Origin: Raillietiella orientalis
Taxonomy: Eukaryota
Assembly: GCA_036172245.1 (NCBI GenBank)
Contig: JAYWIR010000048.1
Location: forward strand, 558,001-622,000
Direction: 5' to 3'
DNA: 64,000 bases
A model generated the notes under the pieces. That model did not search any database. It was not told where the DNA came from and saw nothing but the letters and a program-made list of their open reading frames with translations. Shown in pieces: positions 62,601 through 64,000 of the stretch (positions within the stretch are counted from its first letter, which is position 1; each line of letters begins with the position of its first letter). The position numbers and the translations under genes were made by a program.

Positions 62601-63579
62601 CGTAGGGCAAGTCCCATCGAGCTTTTCTTCCCTCGCTTGAGCTTCAGGATACCAAAAGAATACAGAGGTTCAGGAACATCCCTTCGTAAACCGAATTCAT
62701 GGCTGATCTACTCGCATGCGGGAAGATGAACTTCTATCGAGCGTATTAGAAATTTATTACAAGCCTCGATAAGAAGAAAACTTGAAAGGATCAGCTTTTT
62801 CATTCCTCCTGGAAACACGAGTGGTTCTACGAAGGATTGCAAGCACACTTGCAAACTCCTTGTGCGAAGAATCCTTGGATTCTTTTTTCGTATGATTTCG
62901 TCCCTCATCGTGGGAATTGATCAGTGCTGTCAGCAATCCTGGAACTCTCATCTTTTTTTTCTGCAAGTGCTCTGCCAGAAACCAACCGACTTTCGACGGA
63001 AGCACTTATTAGGGGCTGGTGTACGCCGCCACTCCTAGTACACGAGCTGGGGACCGCGCTTCCAGCTCATTTCCTCTTGTTCAGCACAAGAAACGAGTAG
63101 AACCAGTGAGTGATGCTGGCTTTGTGAGCTGCGTGATTCCCTGTGGCGCAATCGAAACGAACGCAACGGTGTTTCGTCGACCGATTCACTTGCATTGGAC
63201 GCAGGGTGCCACTCTTCAGCACACAGGTCAAACGCGCGTGGTCTGGCGTGAAAATCGTAAATGCATGACCGACGGATCCAAGATGAAAATGAATGCAGCA
63301 TCCAGAGCGCGAAGCGGGTCCATCAAGTGACGCGCGGAATGGGAAGACGCGGAATTCATCTTTTGGTTCGCAGGATTCTTGCGCAGGATGGGCTCCTCGT
63401 GTCCGTGGGAAAACTTAGCCTGAAGTCATCAGTCCTGCAAGAACAGCAGCCCCACCCCCCTTCCCCTTTGCCATCGATGGGATGTTGAAGCATTTCCAAG
63501 AGAACCGAAACAGCTTTGAAGCAGCAGCGGAAATAAAATAATGTTGGCACAGAGCTTTGGTATTTTCTTGTGAGATTAA

Positions 63580-64000
63580 CCCTTTGGGTGCGGAGCTCAT
63601 CAGATTGAAACGCTCCGTGCCGACGGCAGGCGAGTCGCAGCGTCGGCAGTCTCTTTTTCCCGTACCGCGTACTCCATCGAGGTAACCATTGACTACACAA
63701 AGTGCTGATTAAAGTTAATATTGCAACTGCCTATTTACACCACATTAAATGAAATATTTTCATTTCTTCCAAACATGAATTTTTATTTTTGTATCTATAT
63801 TTGGCTATTCTATTATCTGTAATGCTTTTCACAGCTTCAGAATCAGATAACGATGAAAAGCATAGGGATATTCTCTCGGTTTCACCGTCATATTCTTCAT
63901 TCGAATCCGACCCTTCATCTATTCCTCTGTCGCCTCTCGTAATGATCTTTTCAAAATTTACTGGACATTCTCAAGATATCGCAAAGATAAAAAACATATG
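63580..64000. mobile_element. piggyBac-type element end, same family as 37980-38406, probably running past the window edge
   Basis: TTAA|CCCTTTGGGTGCGGAGC. About 180 bp is a reverse-complement homologue of 38210-38406, after which it diverges into AT-rich sequence. Confidence 0.8.

Noticed and set aside
1..64000. Most ORFs in the six-frame track as real genes
   Set aside because: They are short, overlap on both strands and lie within GC-rich decayed retrotransposons or repeats. Only the Ig exons and TE remnants have recognisable motifs.

Overview
This is eukaryotic DNA, probably arthropod, judged from the gene family and the U2 variant. I found no prokaryotic-type features such as operons or CRISPR arrays. 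The only host gene I can support is the 3' part of a spliced two-Ig-domain Dpr/ZIG-8-like cell-surface protein: + strand exons 2631-2739, 3983-4267 and 6047-6165, with GT-AG junctions in matching phase. Almost all the rest is a dense, nested graveyard of decayed Tx1/L1-type non-LTR retrotransposons of at least three lineages in both orientations, plus three piggyBac-type elements, two tRNA-headed SINE-like copies and a repeat family with degenerate sub-repeats. Most ORFs in the supplied track are spurious reads through these relics. The most notable structures are: (1) a 982-bp near-perfect inverted duplication bracketing the last two exons; (2) a 36-nt U2 snRNA 5' retro-fragment with a 15-bp target-site duplication; (3) a covarying AATAAA-stem-loop 3' terminus shared by two LINE lineages in about nine copies; (4) a thrice-repeated conserved module that could be a structured RNA or a short coding motif; (5) frequent back-to-back fusions of LINE fragments. 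I cannot show an intact novel system from sequence alone. Boundaries of the decayed elements are approximate, to within tens of bp or worse.
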